Shown one piece after another: positions 1 to 12,589 of a stretch of 64,000 bases of DNA; position 1 is the stretch's first letter; each line of letters starts with the position of its first letter. Below the pieces are notes generated by a model. That model searched no databases, was not told the DNA's origin, and saw only the letters and a list, made by a program, of their open reading frames with translations. Source of the DNA: Mobula hypostoma (lineage: Eukaryota); NCBI RefSeq assembly GCF_963921235.1, contig NC_086101.1:26970001-27034000 (forward strand), in the 5' to 3' direction. The position numbers were made by a program, and so were the translations under genes.

Positions 1-329
1 TGTGAGATGTGGGAACTGTGAGGCAGATAGTAGTAAACCTCAAGGAGAGGTTGGCATGTCATTGAATTGGGAAGATAGGTAAAGGATTATATTTAATCCT
101 GTAAAATGTAGAGTCTCTTCTCATTCTCTCTATCAATAGAATAATAATAAAAGTCAAGTCAGCGGCATCATAGGTACTCAGGTGCAGACAACGCACAGGA
201 TGTAAATTATACAAGGCGGTGGAAAAAGACATTAGTGCATAAATAAGACAAAATCAGATTCAAGTCCCATTTTAGTGCAAGAGGCACTCCATAATGTTCT
301 CTTGCTGAGGTAGGCTTCGTGTTGTGCAG

Positions 330-1160
330 GTCAGTTCAAGGACCTGATGGCCATAGGAAAACAGCTGTTCCTGAACTTAGTAGTGTGGGTCTTTAGGCTT
401 CTGTACCTTCTGCCTGATGGTATCAGCAAGAAAAGAACATAACCTGAATGGTGGGGATTCTTGACAATAGACATTGTCTTCCTGAGCGCGCATCTCTTCT
501 AGGTGCTCCTGTTAATAATGGAGAAGACAGTCAGAGGATGGGACTGTGTTCTGCCAAGGCTCTCTAACCCTAAACAAACAGGATTCTTTCAATATTGGTG
601 TAATTTCCATATTCATTGATAGATTTGGAGAAATGCTTAGCCACAGAGTCATGGGTGTAAATTCAGTAGATCAGGGGAGTAAGCCTTGTGGAGCACCTGT
701 TCTGATTACCAGTGAGGAGGAAATGTTACTGATCTGTACTGATTACGATTTGCTGATGAGGAAGTTAGGTGAGGTACAGATATTCAGAGCTTTGAACTTG
801 GTGATAAGTATAGAGGGTAATATTGTTGAACGTGGATCTGCAGTCAATGAACAGCAGCCTGCTGTATGCATTTCTGTCTTCCAGATTATCCAGACTGAAT
901 GGAGAGCCAATGGAAATAGCTGTTGTCTTGATGTGGCAATAGCCAATTAGCCAACTCCTTCTATGGAGTTAATTTACGCTATAGCCAACCTCTCAAAGCA
1001 CCTTGTTAGGGTGGATATAAGTGCTATTAGATGGCAGTTATTGTGGCAGATCAGCATGCTTTTCTTTGGCACCTTTTGAAGCAGGTGGGAATCACAGACC
1101 GCAGAAGAAAGAAGTTAAAGATGTCATTGAATATACCAACCAACCAGGACAGACTGACTG
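330..1160 (-). mobile_element. Rex1/Babar-type LINE fragment (RT to 3' end), degenerate
   Basis: Minus strand reads as decayed RT/C-terminal coding sequence (DPHHSGYVLF...IPSGRRYRSLK-like near 340-470; LVGIFNDI-like near 1120-1150), with stops and frameshifts. Confidence 0.65.
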
Positions 1161-1179
1161 TTCACCTTCTTTCATTTTC

Positions 1180-2530
1180 ATTTTTAAATCTTATTATTAA
1201 TTATTATTGGAAATCAACAGCAGAGAAAAGTACATCAAAATAATCAAGATAATATATCCATATGTGGAGTAAAAGTTAAGCTATCAACCAGGCTGAACAG
1301 TATACCAATAATAATCAAAAAACAAAGTATTAAAGCTTTTTTTATGGAAAAAAGGAAAGAAAGAAAAAAGAACCCCTACTAACTAAAACAGAGAAAACTC
1401 CTGATAACTAAAAAAAAGGGGAAAAAAGCGTTTGGAGCACAAACCCGGAGCTATACGCCATACAAGCGTCCATAAAAAAAAGACATCAAACCGCCAACCA
1501 AATTCATATAACCAAGCATCAGAAAAGGACCATCTTAATTAATTCAAGTCAAATGATAATAACGGGCAAAAGAACCCCACCTATTCTTGAAGTCAAATTT
1601 AGGATCAAAAGTTCGACTTCTAATTTTTTCCAAACTAAGACATAACATCACCTGAGAGAACCATTGTATCAAAGTGGGAGCAGATACATCTTTCCATTTT
1701 AATAAATTAGCCCTTCTAGCCAATATTGTGACAAATACAATTACATATTGGTCAGATATAGAAATACCGTGAATATGTTGAGGAATTATACCAAACAAAA
1801 CTGTCAATTTATTAGGTTGTAAATTGATTCTTAAAGCTTTAGAGATTGTAGAAAAAATAGATTTCCAAAATTGTTTCAATACAGAACATGACCAAAACAT
1901 ATGTGTCAATGTAGCTATCTCAGTTTTGCATCTATCACACTGACTATTTACATTGGGAAATATTTTAGACAATCTCTCCTTCATCATCATGATGTACAAT
2001 TTTAAATTGAATTAGAGAATGACTGGCACAAATCAAAGAAGAATTAACCAGTTTCAAAATTCGCAACCAATCCTCTGTTATCAAGGTCATATTAAGCTCT
2101 CTTTCCCAATCTTGCTTAATCTTAAGTAAAGGATAATTGTCCTGTTGTAATAGGAAATCATAAATTTTCCCAATAAAGCCTTTCACTAAAGGGTTCATTT
2201 TTAAAATAATATCTAACAGGTCAGAATCTTATATATATGGAAAATTACTTAAATATTCTTGTAAAAAATGTCTGACCTGAAGATATTGCAAAAAATGTAA
2301 ATATGAGAGAGAGTATTTAGTTACTAATTTCTCAAAGGACATCAATTGACCTTCTTGAAACAAATCCATAAAGGAAAAAATTCCTTTATTCCTCCAAAGA
2401 GAAAAGACAGGATCATTAAGTGAAGGTTTAAATAAATAGTTTTGATAAATTAAACTAAAAAGGTTAAATTTTTTAAGATTAAAAAACTTACGAAACTGAT
2501 ACCAAATTTTCGTAATGATTGATTAATCAT
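1180..2530 (-). mobile_element. L1-clade LINE 3' fragment (ORF2 C-terminal zinc-binding region), apparently inserted into the Rex/Babar copy
   Basis: ORF 1544-1999 contains CDRC...TLTHMFWSC...LKQFW (zf-RVT-like CCHC); upstream frames 1965-2198 and 2450-2520 continue ORF2; AT-rich 3' UTR toward 1180. Confidence 0.8.
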
Positions 2531-2549
2531 AGGATTTATATTTAGAATA

Positions 2550-2830
2550 GAAATCTTGAAAGATGCTCTGACATCAGCCTCAGAGACTGAGAACACAATA
2601 ATGCTGTTGTTTTGGATGCTCGAGGAGAAGTGCCGATATTCTCTTTTTGAAAGCACCTATAAAAGGCATTGAGCACATCTGGAAGTATTGCAAGGTTGCC
2701 ACCTGCCTTTGCCTTATAGCAAGTGAAGGTATGCAAGCTCTGCTGCAGCTGCTGAGTATTTGTAAGTGACCCCAGTTTTGTTCAGAAATATGCCTCTGCA
2801 CAATAATCATCTGGAAGCTGGATTTGGATG
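2550..2830 (-). mobile_element. Rex1/Babar LINE fragment (upstream continuation of the 330-1160 copy)
   Basis: Minus strand encodes LPDVLNAFY...VSEADVRASFK, which in this clade lies shortly before the segment seen at 1120-1150. Confidence 0.6.
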
Positions 2831-3499
2831 ACATGATTGACTGGATCGCCTATCCTAAATGGCACAGATCTGAACTTCAACAGATTGCGAATCTGTTGGT
2901 TCATCCAGGGCATCTGGTTGGCAAAGACTCAAAATGCTTTTGTAAGCAGATTGTAAAAAGGGTACCAGAAGGGAAATCTTGCTGGGGGTTAGGTGTTGTG
3001 TGTGGGAGTAGGGGTAGATTGAGAAAAGATTCCAAAAGCATATGGCATCCTGGGCTTTATCAATGAGCATAGAGTACAAAAGTAAGGATATCATGATGAA
3101 CAGTGGTTTGACCATCTTAAGACAGAGTCCAGTATGGATCCTGAGTCCTTATTTAAAACTTACTGGTTTCCCCTTTTCTGTATCAGAATGAAGTTTATTG
3201 TCACTTGCATAAATTGTGAAATAATATTGTTTCATAGCAGCAGTACAGCAAAACCAATTAATGTAAGTTACAATGACAAAAAATATATCAAAAATAAAGT
3301 AAAATAGCCCTATCCCAAAGAGTCTCATAAATACAGTATAATTATATCTCTTTCTTGCAACTGCACTAATTCTTTTACATTTTTCCTGTAGAGATTAGAA
3401 TTGTACATGGTATTCTACCCTCCTTATTGTTTCGTACAGTTTCAGAATGACTTAAATTCTACATCAATAGAGTTAGATTCTATTTTTCTCCAAACACTT

Positions 3500-4020
3500 T
3501 AGAAAACATAGAAAACCTACAGCACAATACAGGCCCTTTGGCCCACAAAGCTATGCCGAAGATGTCCTTACCTTAGAACTACCTAGGCTTACCTACAGCC
3601 CTTTATTTTTCTAATCTCCATGCTTAGAAACTCCATCCAGGAATCTCTTAAAAGACCCTATTGTTTCTGCCTCCACCACTGACGCCGGCATCCCGCTCTA
3701 CGCTCTCGCCACTCTGTAAAAAAAAACCTACCTCTGACATCTCCTCGGTACCTACTTCCAAGCACCTTAAAAGAATATCTTCTTGTGCTAGCCATTTCAG
3801 CACTGGGAAAGAGCCTCTGACCATCCATACGATCAATGCCTCTCATCATCTTGTACACCTCTATCAGGTCACCTCTCATCCTCTGTTGCTCCAAGGAGAA
3901 AAGGCTGAGTTCACTCAACCTACTCTCATAAGGCATGCTCCCCAATCCAGGCAACATCCTTGTAAATCTCCTCTGCACCATTTCTATGATTTCCACATCC
4001 TTCCTGTAGTGAGGCGACCC
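3500..4020 (-). mobile_element. CR1-clade LINE 3' end
   Basis: ORF 3658-4167 contains HYRKDVEIIEMVQRRFTRMLPG...RMRGDLIEVYKMMRGIDR, a CR1 RT C-terminus; (TTCTATGT)-like tail at ~3500. Confidence 0.85.
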
Positions 4021-4797
4021 ATGACTATATAAGGGTCGACCCAGGTGACGCAGTGGGTTTTGAGTTTGTAGATTTCCAGGTAGAGTGTACTGTATCTCCA
4101 TTTCTGTTGTGTGTTTGTTTTTAATACGCAGTTTCATTTTTAAAACAGAGTGTGCGTTCTGTTGCAAGATATCATATTATTTGGACTGGAATTTTTTGCT
4201 AAATGTGTTGATTTACTCAATTCCAACATTAGAAGGGAGAGTGAAGAATTTATCGAAGTTACAGGATCGAAGGATTGAGAGGAGTCAGCATCGTTTGGCA
4301 GTTTAATAAAGGATCGACCTTAGTGAGTCTTCGTTGAAGAGCAGCAACCTGCATCGAGATAACTCTTGCCAAAAAGAGCAAGGAGTTCATGCAAAAAGGT
4401 GCTCTCTCTCTAAAGGAATTTAAGGTCAGTTGATTTAAACTGTTTATTTTCGGCATCGTGAACCCTGTGGACAGAACCAGCAGTAAAGTTGCGTCTGTGA
4501 AGAAATCCTTCTCCAGAGAAGTCTCTCCCAATTGAACGTGTAAATCTGTTGGACTTTTGAAGTTATTGCTTTAAGAACTACATCTGACTGTATCGCTTTA
4601 AGAACTGTTTTCGCATTTAACACTTTAAGAACCAGAGCCAAGTGGCGAGTTGGTGAACGGCTGCATTATCTGTTAACTTCCAGTTAAAGTTTTTGTTTGT
4701 TTTCTTTTTACCTTATCGTTTATCCATGTTTAATAAATGTTTGGTTGTTTTTATATAACCTGTCTTGATTGATATTCATTGTTGCCAGTTACATAAC
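4021..4797 (+). mobile_element. Probable 3' part of an LTR (LTR retrotransposon)
   Basis: TATATAA at ~4026, short internal direct repeats (CTTTAAGAAC x3), AATAAA at ~4732, ends ...TAACA at 4797 directly against CR1 sequence. The 5' TG end was not found. Confidence 0.5.
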
Positions 4798-5150
4798 AGG
4801 AGATGCCAATCAATATTTGGAAAAATAAAATCTCCCACCACAACAACCTTGTTATTATTACTCCTTTCCAGAATCTGTCTCCCTATCTGCTCCTCGATGT
4901 CCCTGTTACTATTGGGTGGTCTATAAAAAACACTCAGTAGAGTTATTGACCCCTTCCTATTCCTAACTTCCACCCACAGAGACTCCATAGACAACCCCAC
5001 CATGACTTCCTCCTTTTCTGCAGCCGTGACAGTATCTCTGATCAAGAGTGCCACACCCCTACCTCTTTTGCCTCTGTCCCTGTCCTTTCTGAAACATCTA
5101 AAGCCTGGCTTTTGAAGTAGCCATTCCTGCCCCTGCACCACCCAAGTCTC
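4798..5150 (-). mobile_element. CR1 LINE ORF2 endonuclease fragment
   Basis: ORF 4776-5240: FRCFRKDR...GVALLIR...ESLWVEVRNRKG...FYRPPNS...VVVGDF.FPNIDW (APE-type endonuclease motifs). Confidence 0.85.
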
Positions 5151-5209
5151 TGTAATCAGCATACTTAAATAAGATATTGGAGCTATGCTTAGCCACACTG
5201 TCATAAGTG

Positions 5210-5700
5210 AAACCAGAGTAGAGCACGGGGCTAAGCACACAGCCTTGTGGGTGCACCTATGCTGATGGAGATCATGGCGGAGAGAGATGTTTTTGCCAAT
5301 TCAAACTGATCGGGGTCTGCAAGTGTGGAAATCCTGCATCCAATTGCACAAGGAGGTATTGAGGCCAAGACCGTGGAGCTTATTGATTAGCTTTGCAGGA
5401 ATGGTGGTATTGAATGCTGAGCTGTAGTTGATAAAGAGCATCCTTATGTATGCATCTTTGCTACACAGATGTTCCAGAGTTGAATGAAGTTGAGCTAATG
5501 ACATAAAATCTACCTGTTGCTCTGGTAGGCAAATTGGAGCATATCCAAGTCACCTCTCAGGCAGGAGCCGATACGTTTCATCACCAACTTCTCAAAACAT
5601 TTCATTACTGTGGACCTAAGTGTAAGCGGGTGATGGTCATTGAGGCAAGGCCCCAGTATAATTGAAGACTGCTTGAAGCGTATCGGTACCACAGACTGCT
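5210..5700 (-). mobile_element. Rex1/Babar LINE RT fragment
   Basis: ORFs 5301-5504 (YIRMLFINYSSAFNTTIP...LCNW) and 5510-5692 (VMKCFEKLV...LQFAY). Confidence 0.8.
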
Positions 5701-6224
5701 GAAGTCAGAGGTATTACATATATAAGACAGTACTCAAGGCCAATAGTATTTCAGAAGTACAGCCATTGGCTGAGGAAGTCTAAGGGAAGTGTCTTCAGCA
5801 CCTCAAAGAGGAGGCTGCAGATGCCAAGGCATTATTAGTTCTCAAAGACTGATCTCAAATAACACATGCCACAAAAACACAAACATCCATACTCCAGGAA
5901 TTCACAAGTCCACAGTCTTAGCCATTACTTAAGCAAGCAACATTGTTTTAAGACATTCAAAAAACTATCAATCCTCAAAATCAGTAGACCCCAGACAGCT
6001 GACTCAGCTCATGAGTGCAGTTCTCCTTTAAAAAAATGGAGGCAAGATAAGCGAATTGGTCTGCAGCTACAATTGAAACACAGACCTCCATTCCTGAACA
6101 TAGCCTCTGGAAAATAAAATTGAAGATGTCAGAGCAAGATCATTGTTTCAGAGGGACATCAGGGACTGCTGTGTACATTGCCTCATTGTACATGTGTACA
6201 TTGTATTTGGCTCATCCCTGCCAT

Positions 6225-6660
6225 TTTAAAGTTCAAAGTACAATTTATTATCAGAGTACATACAACCCTGAGATTCTTTTTCTGCGGGCATACTTAACAA
6301 ATCTATAGAACAGTAACTGTAAACAGGAGTAATGGACAACAAACTGAAAATGCAGTATAAGTAGTAATAAATAACAAGCATGAAATTAGATAAGAGTCCT
6401 TCAGTGAGAGTAGTTATCCCCTTTTGTTCAAGAGTCTGATGGTTGAGGGGCAGTAACTGTTCTTGAACCTGATGGTGCAAGTTCTGAGGCACCTGTACCT
6501 TCTCCCTGATGGCAGCAGTGAGCAAAGAGCGTGATCTGGTTGAAGAGGATCTTTGATGATTGATACTGCTTTTGTAGGATATTCTGCTCAAAGGCATTGG
6601 TGTTCCCATACCAAGCTACGATGCAGCCAGTCAGTACACTTTCCACCACACATTGATGAC
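6225..6660 (-). mobile_element. Rex1/Babar LINE 3' end
   Basis: ORF 6428-6739 includes VESVLTGCIVAWYGN; 3' UTR ends AATAAATTGTACTTTGAACTTT on the minus strand. Confidence 0.7.
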
Positions 6661-6669
6661 ATGCCGAAC

Positions 6670-6960
6670 CTGTGCAGACTCCTGACAGAATAGCTGAGTC
6701 AGGAAGAGGAGGTGGAGAATACATCATGGTGCACAACATGGCCGTGCACTACAATGTCTCATTCCTGCTCACCCGAGCTGGCATATCTAGCAGTCAAAAG
6801 TTATCGATTTCATCTATCAAGGGTGCTTTCTGCTGTCATCCCGGTGTTGTGTATATTCCACCTCTGGCCAAAATTAGGCAGGCACTGGAGGAGCTGAGCA
6901 CTCTGATGCCTTCTCCATCATTCCAAGCGATTTCAACCAGGCCACCTTGAAGAAGTCTCT
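6670..6960 (+). mobile_element. Rex1/Babar endonuclease fragment
   Basis: Translations VKSYRFHLSRVLSAVI / VVYIPPLAKIRQALEEL resemble the CRPFYLPREF...VYIPP endonuclease motif. Confidence 0.55.
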
Positions 6961-7561
6961 GAATGACTACTATCTACCCTCTCTGGGCGCCAACTCCATT
7001 TGGGGAGGTCAAGAACAACGTCTCCGGCAGTGAAGTCTAGACCCGGAGTGATTCGCTGCAGCAGGGCCTGGTTCCTAGCGCAAGGTTCAGAGGTTTTAAA
7101 TGCCAGGCCAGGTAGTCTGGAGCTCCTCTCTCCATGATTCTAAGGCTGTCAGACTGCCCCAGACTGCTGTGCTTCATGTCTGCGAACGTTGTGGCAATTT
7201 GCCACACTAATACCAAGGCTTTGGGCCTACTGCTCCAGGGATTTGGATCCAAGGGCTCAATTTGGTTCATAAAGCTCTTCTTGTTGCTTGCATCTGTTGT
7301 TTGCATGATTTGTTTTGTGTTTTTCCTCTTTCCCTGTGGGCACTGTGAGTTGATCTTATTTTTTAAATTGGGTTCTTTTGTGTTCCATGCTTTACAACTA
7401 CCAGCAAGCAAACAAATCTCAAAGCTGTATAACTTATACATTCTTTGATAATAAATTCACTTTTAATCTTTCAATCTTTGAATATCACCTGTGCTAACAT
7501 ACTTGGCCACAGATGCATCACCATCAAGAATGTTTACCATGCCATCCCACACCCACACTTG

Positions 7562-8820
7562 CAGACATCCCACCTCTCCTGGGAGTTCCGGGAGTCTCCC
7601 GCATATCCATAGTGGCTCCCTGATGCCCGCAAATTATATACAATATCCCCGAAATCGATTTTTTAGAGAAGGAGAGGGAGAGGGAAAAAAAGAAAGAAAG
7701 AAAATGAATGAATCCTGCTTGATCTCTCTTTAGACCTATCAGTTTTCTCTGTGGGTGGGGTTTACAGTCGACCTCTCTCTCTCTTCTATATTCCATCAGT
7801 TCAGTTACTGCCGTCTGTAGTGACACTGAAATCATCCGGACAACTGTCAGTGATGAAGTACAAAAGCCTGGCGAAGAAATTCCCAAGGCTGGCGGTGGCA
7901 ACCTGACTACGCGAGGCTGTCCTATACGGGCAGGGTGCGTTGGCATCTTAAAGGGGATTAGAGCGGGGTTTAAATTGGAGCGAAATTCCAAAATCGTCCG
8001 CTAAGACATCTTTAAAAACACGCTCGCAGCAAGCAAATTCTTCGGTTTTTTCCCCTGAAACACTTCCACTTACAGGTACATCGAAGCCCGCCATGGGCTA
8101 GGTTTAAGCGCAGCTGCTTTCAGAAGAAAAACCAATTTTAATAAATACCCGGCCCCCACCGAGGTCTCGTCATTAGGACAGCGAACTGTTTACCTGTATT
8201 GCGCACTTTATATGTATTTTGAATTACACTTTATTAGATAATATGGTAATATATTGTTTTATGTGGTGTGCGTGATATATGTATTGTGGCTACACCGTGG
8301 TCCGGACAGAGGTTGTTTCGTTTGTGGACAATCAGCCAGATGACAATAAACTTGAACTTGAAGATACAGAACTTCTAAATCACTCATTTAAAATCCCCCA
8401 TTTCGATGTAAAAAAGTAAGTTCTGATCCCGACTATTGCAGGCAATATGTGTGTGTGTGTGTGACTACGGACGTATATGTGATCGGATGTTGTCCGAATG
8501 GACATTAAGCGGCGACACACCTGTAATAAGGATACACCTTATGCTTTTATTTCTTTTAGGGACCACAACATATTAGGGAGGCTAAGCGCAAGGAGGGCTA
8601 CTCAAGTATTTCACAATTCTTTTCAGCAGAAAACCAAAGTCTGACAAAGAATTTCACTAAAGCTGACGTGTACTTTACATCTTCCATCGTTGAGCATAAG
8701 CTGCCATTCCAGGTGTGGCAGCACACAGGCAAGCTGTTCAGGAAAATGATTCCTGATTCAGAAATAGCGAAAAACTATGCCTGCTCATCAACTAAGACAG
8801 CAGCTATTGTGAACATGGCA
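7562..8820 (+). mobile_element. hAT-superfamily transposon, left end plus transposase exon-2 fragment
   Basis: Begins (G)CAGACATCCCACC with ~100 bp matching 19111-19210. After a TTCTTTTAG acceptor (~8560), the frame at 8657-8815 reads TKADVYFTSSIVEHKLPF...LFRKMIPDSEIAKNYACSSTKTAAIVN, a hAT transposase N-terminal motif (PDS-IA...C-RTKT). Confidence 0.7.
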
Positions 8821-9099
8821 CATTAAGACAGAATTCAGAAGTCAGCTGTCTCATAAAACACTTGTGAATCTAATGTCTTGCAAAGCTAACAAATTCATTG
8901 ACACAGACTGCTATGAGGTTGAGACCTCCCTCTGCAATTGGGAACATCTGATCTCCTGGTTGTATTTCTGCTCTCAGCGTGGAGGCAGAGACTAAACACC
9001 ATGGCACCAGTAGTGAGGACTAAGAAGGTGTGGTCAAGGGAGGAAAGAAGCATTTACAGAACTGTTTCAAGTTGTGGAACTGGATAACATTCAGGGATT

Positions 9100-10105
9100 C
9101 AACTTTGAATGTGAATTAATACACCACGTTTATCATCAATTTCATCAAGACCTGTGTGCATGAGTGTGCAACTTTGAGAACATAGTGTGCATACTGAAAC
9201 CAAAAGCAGTGGATAAACTAGGAGATTTGTAATCGGCTGAGGGCTAGATCTGTGGCATTCAAGACCAGTGATCCAGAACTATACAAGAAGTCCTGGTATA
9301 ACCTACAAAAGGCTATTTTATGGACAATAAAACAATTTCAATTTAAGTAAGAGACGGAATTGGATACATCTCACCTCTGGCAGAGTTTACAGGCCATTAC
9401 TCGGTACAAGGCAAAACCTAATGTTATGAATGGCAGTGATGCTTCATTCCCAGGTGAGCTCAACACCTTTTATGCATGCTTTAAAGGGAGGATAAACTAC
9501 ACCTGTGCAAATCCCTGCAGCATCTGGTGACCCTGTGACCTCTGCCTCAGAGGCTGAGATCTGAACATTTTTCAAGAGGATCAACCCTCACAAGGCATCA
9601 GGCCCTGATGGTTTCTGAGAGCTCTGACAACCTGTGCCAACCAACTGGTGGGAGCATTCACAGACATCTCCAAACTCTCACTGTTGCAGTCAGAGATTCC
9701 CACTTCCTTCAAAAGGGTGACAGTCATACCAGAACGCAAGAAGATCAGGGTGAGTGCCTCAATGATTGCTGACTCGCATTTTGTACTCATGTCTACTATG
9801 ATGAAGTGCTTGAGAGGATGGTTATGGTCAGAATCAACTCCTGCCTTAGAAAAGACCTGAACCCACTACAAGTTTGCCTATCGCAATAATAGCTCTACAG
9901 CAGATGGAATCTCACTGGCTCTCCACTCAGCCTTTGCTCATCTGGATAATAGCAATGTCCACAACAGGCTGCTGTTTATTGATTACAGCTCAGCATTCAA
10001 CACCATCATGCCCTTAGTACCAACGAACCAGGTCAAAAATCTGGGCCTCTGTATCTCCCTCTGCAAATGATTCCTTGACATCCTCAGCAGGAAACTATAG
10101 TCAGC
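9100..10105 (+). mobile_element. Rex1/Babar LINE ORF2 fragment, degenerate
   Basis: Decayed ELNTFYACF, ASGPDG, GAFTDISKLSLLQSEIPTSFK, QFAYRNN, RLLFIDYSSAFNTI motifs. Confidence 0.75.
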
Positions 10106-10159
10106 TTGCAAGAATAAGTACCAGGAGGGATCTCTTCCTACGCAACTCTCTTGACAATT

Positions 10160-10600
10160 AATCCCTCCCCACTGTTGAGGTCATCTGCTCTGTCTGGTGC
10201 TCCCAGTGTGGCCTCCTGTATATCAGTGAGATCTGATGTAGATTGGGAGACCACTTTGCTGAGCACCTATGCTCCATCTGCCGGGAAAAGTGGGATCTCC
10301 CGGTAGCCACCCATTTTAATTCTACTTTTCATTCTGACTTCAGTCTATGGCCTCTTTGTCTGCCGCGATGAGGTCACATTCAGGTTGGAGATACCTTATA
10401 TACTGTCTGGCTATCCTTCAACCTGATGGTGTGACCATCGATTTCGTGAACTTCTGGTAATTGCCCACCCCCCACTTTCACCTTTCCACATTCCTGTTTC
10501 CCTCTCACATCTTTTTCCTTACCTGCCCTTCACCTCCCTCTGGTCCTCCTCCAACCCCGCCCCTGTTTCTTCCATGGCTGTATTTTGTAGCAAGTTACCT
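10160..10600 (+). mobile_element. Penelope-like element 3' fragment (GIY-YIG region), degenerate
   Basis: Homologous by eye to 39620-40100 and 61010-61400 (GVI.C..CS.CGLLYI.E...RLGD.FAEHL). Confidence 0.7.
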
Positions 10601-10813
10601 ATTCCAGCTTCCATTCTCATATGTATGTTTTTTTTTAGCATTCACAATATTGTTCACCCAGAAGATATCTTCAGATGGCACTTTGATATCAGATGTAGAA
10701 ACCAGAGAACATTCAACTTTATGAATTGAAAACCTGTGACATGGAAAACTCCACAAATTTTTAATGCTTTTCTTTAATCGATGTTTCTTTGCCAGATTGA
10801 GCAACCAGTAGAT

Positions 10814-12377
10814 TTTACAGTGTCGAATCACGGTGGATTTAATTTGGCTTTTTTTTTGACAGTGATCAATAGAAAAATACACTTTTGTTTCAAAGTGAAA
10901 ACAAATCTCTACAAAGTGATCTAAATTAATTACAACTATAAAACACAAAATAATTAGTGGCATATGCATTCACCCCCTTCAAGTCAGTATTTAGTAGATG
11001 CACCTTTGCCAGAAAATACAGCCTTGAGTCTGTGTGGATAGGTCCCTATCAACTTTGCACATCTGGACACTGCAATTTTTCCCCATTCTTTTAATAAAAC
11101 TGCTTAAGCTCTGTCAGATTGCGTGGGGATCATGAGTGAACAGCTCTTTTCAGGTCCAGCCACAATTTCTCAATTGGATTGAGGTCTGGATTTGACTTGA
11201 CCACTCCAGGACATTAACTTTGTTGTTTTTAAGTAGCTTGCTGTGTAGCTTTGGTTTTATGCTTGAGGCCATTGTCTTGCTGAAAAACAAATCTTCTCCC
11301 AAGTGGCAGGGCAGTTCTCTTGCAGACTGTGTCAGATTTTCCTCCAGGACTTCCCTGTATTTTGCTGCATTCATTTTACCCTCTCCCTTCACAAGCCTTC
11401 CAGGGCCTGCTGTAGTGAAGCATCCCCACAGCATGATGCAGCCACCACCATGCTGCACAATAGCAATGGTGCGCTCTTGATGATGTGCTGTGTTTAGTCT
11501 GATGGCCATAATGTTCAATTTTCGTTTCATCAGACTATAGAACCTTCATCTGGCTGACTTCAAATTCTTCCATATACCTTCTGGCAAAATCTAGCCAAGA
11601 TTTCATGTATTTTTTTCAACAGTAACTTTCTCTTTGCCACCCTCCCATAAAGCTGCAACTGGTGAAGTACCCGGGCAACAGTTGTTGTACGTGCAGTCTC
11701 TCCCATCTCAGCCACTGGAGCTTGTTATCCCTCCAGAGTTGTCATAGGTTTCTTGGTGGCCTCCCTCACTAGTGCCCTTGCACGGTCACTCAGTTTTTGA
11801 GGATGGTCTGCTCTGGGCAGATTTACAGCTCTCCCATGTTCTTTCCATTTCTTGACGATTCACTTCACTGTACTCTAAGGGATATTCAGTGACTTGGAAA
11901 TTTTCATGTATCCATTTCCTGACTTGAACTTTTCAATAACCTGTTTGCAGAGTTGCTTAGAGTGTTCTTTTGCCTTCATGGTGTAGTTTTTTGCCGGGAT
12001 ACTGACTCACCAGCTGTTGGGTCTTTCAGATACAAGTGTATTTTTACTACAATCAATTGAAACACCTCGACTGCACACAGGTCTCCAAAAACAGATCTCC
12101 ATTTAACTAATTATGTGACTTTTAAACTCAATTGGCTGCACCAGTGATGATTTGGTGTGTCATATTGAAGGGGGTGATTACTTAATCAATCAATTATTTT
12201 GTGATTTATATTTGTAATTAATCTAGATCACTTTGTGGAGATGTTTTCACTTTTACATGAAAGTCTTTTCTGTTGATCAGTGTCGAACAAAAACAAATTA
12301 AATTCACTGTGATTCACTGTTGTAAAACAATATAACATAAAAACTTCCAAGTGGGGTGAATACTTTTTATAGGCACA
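10814..12377 (-). mobile_element. Tc1-like DNA transposon with long IR/DR-type inverted repeats, inactive
   Basis: ~200-bp inverted repeats (10814-10982 partial; 12165-12377) with internal TATTCACCCC repeats; ORF 11150-11530 has TIAIVQHGGGCIMLWGCF...GKMNAAKYREVLEENL (Tc1 DDE domain); frameshifted. Confidence 0.85.
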
Positions 12378-12589
12378 AAATGTGCTCTAACTTTCTCCTA
12401 AAAAGTTGGTTCTAAACTTCAAATGATGCCCCATAACTATGCTTACCTTTCTCAATCCCATCAACCACATTAAAGAGGTAGATTGATACCACCGGCAAAT
12501 TATTACTAGAATTCTATTTTTGGTAAATAATCATAAATATTATATATTGGCTTGATATCAAAGTAGAAACTGAAACAGGACCTTCAAAC

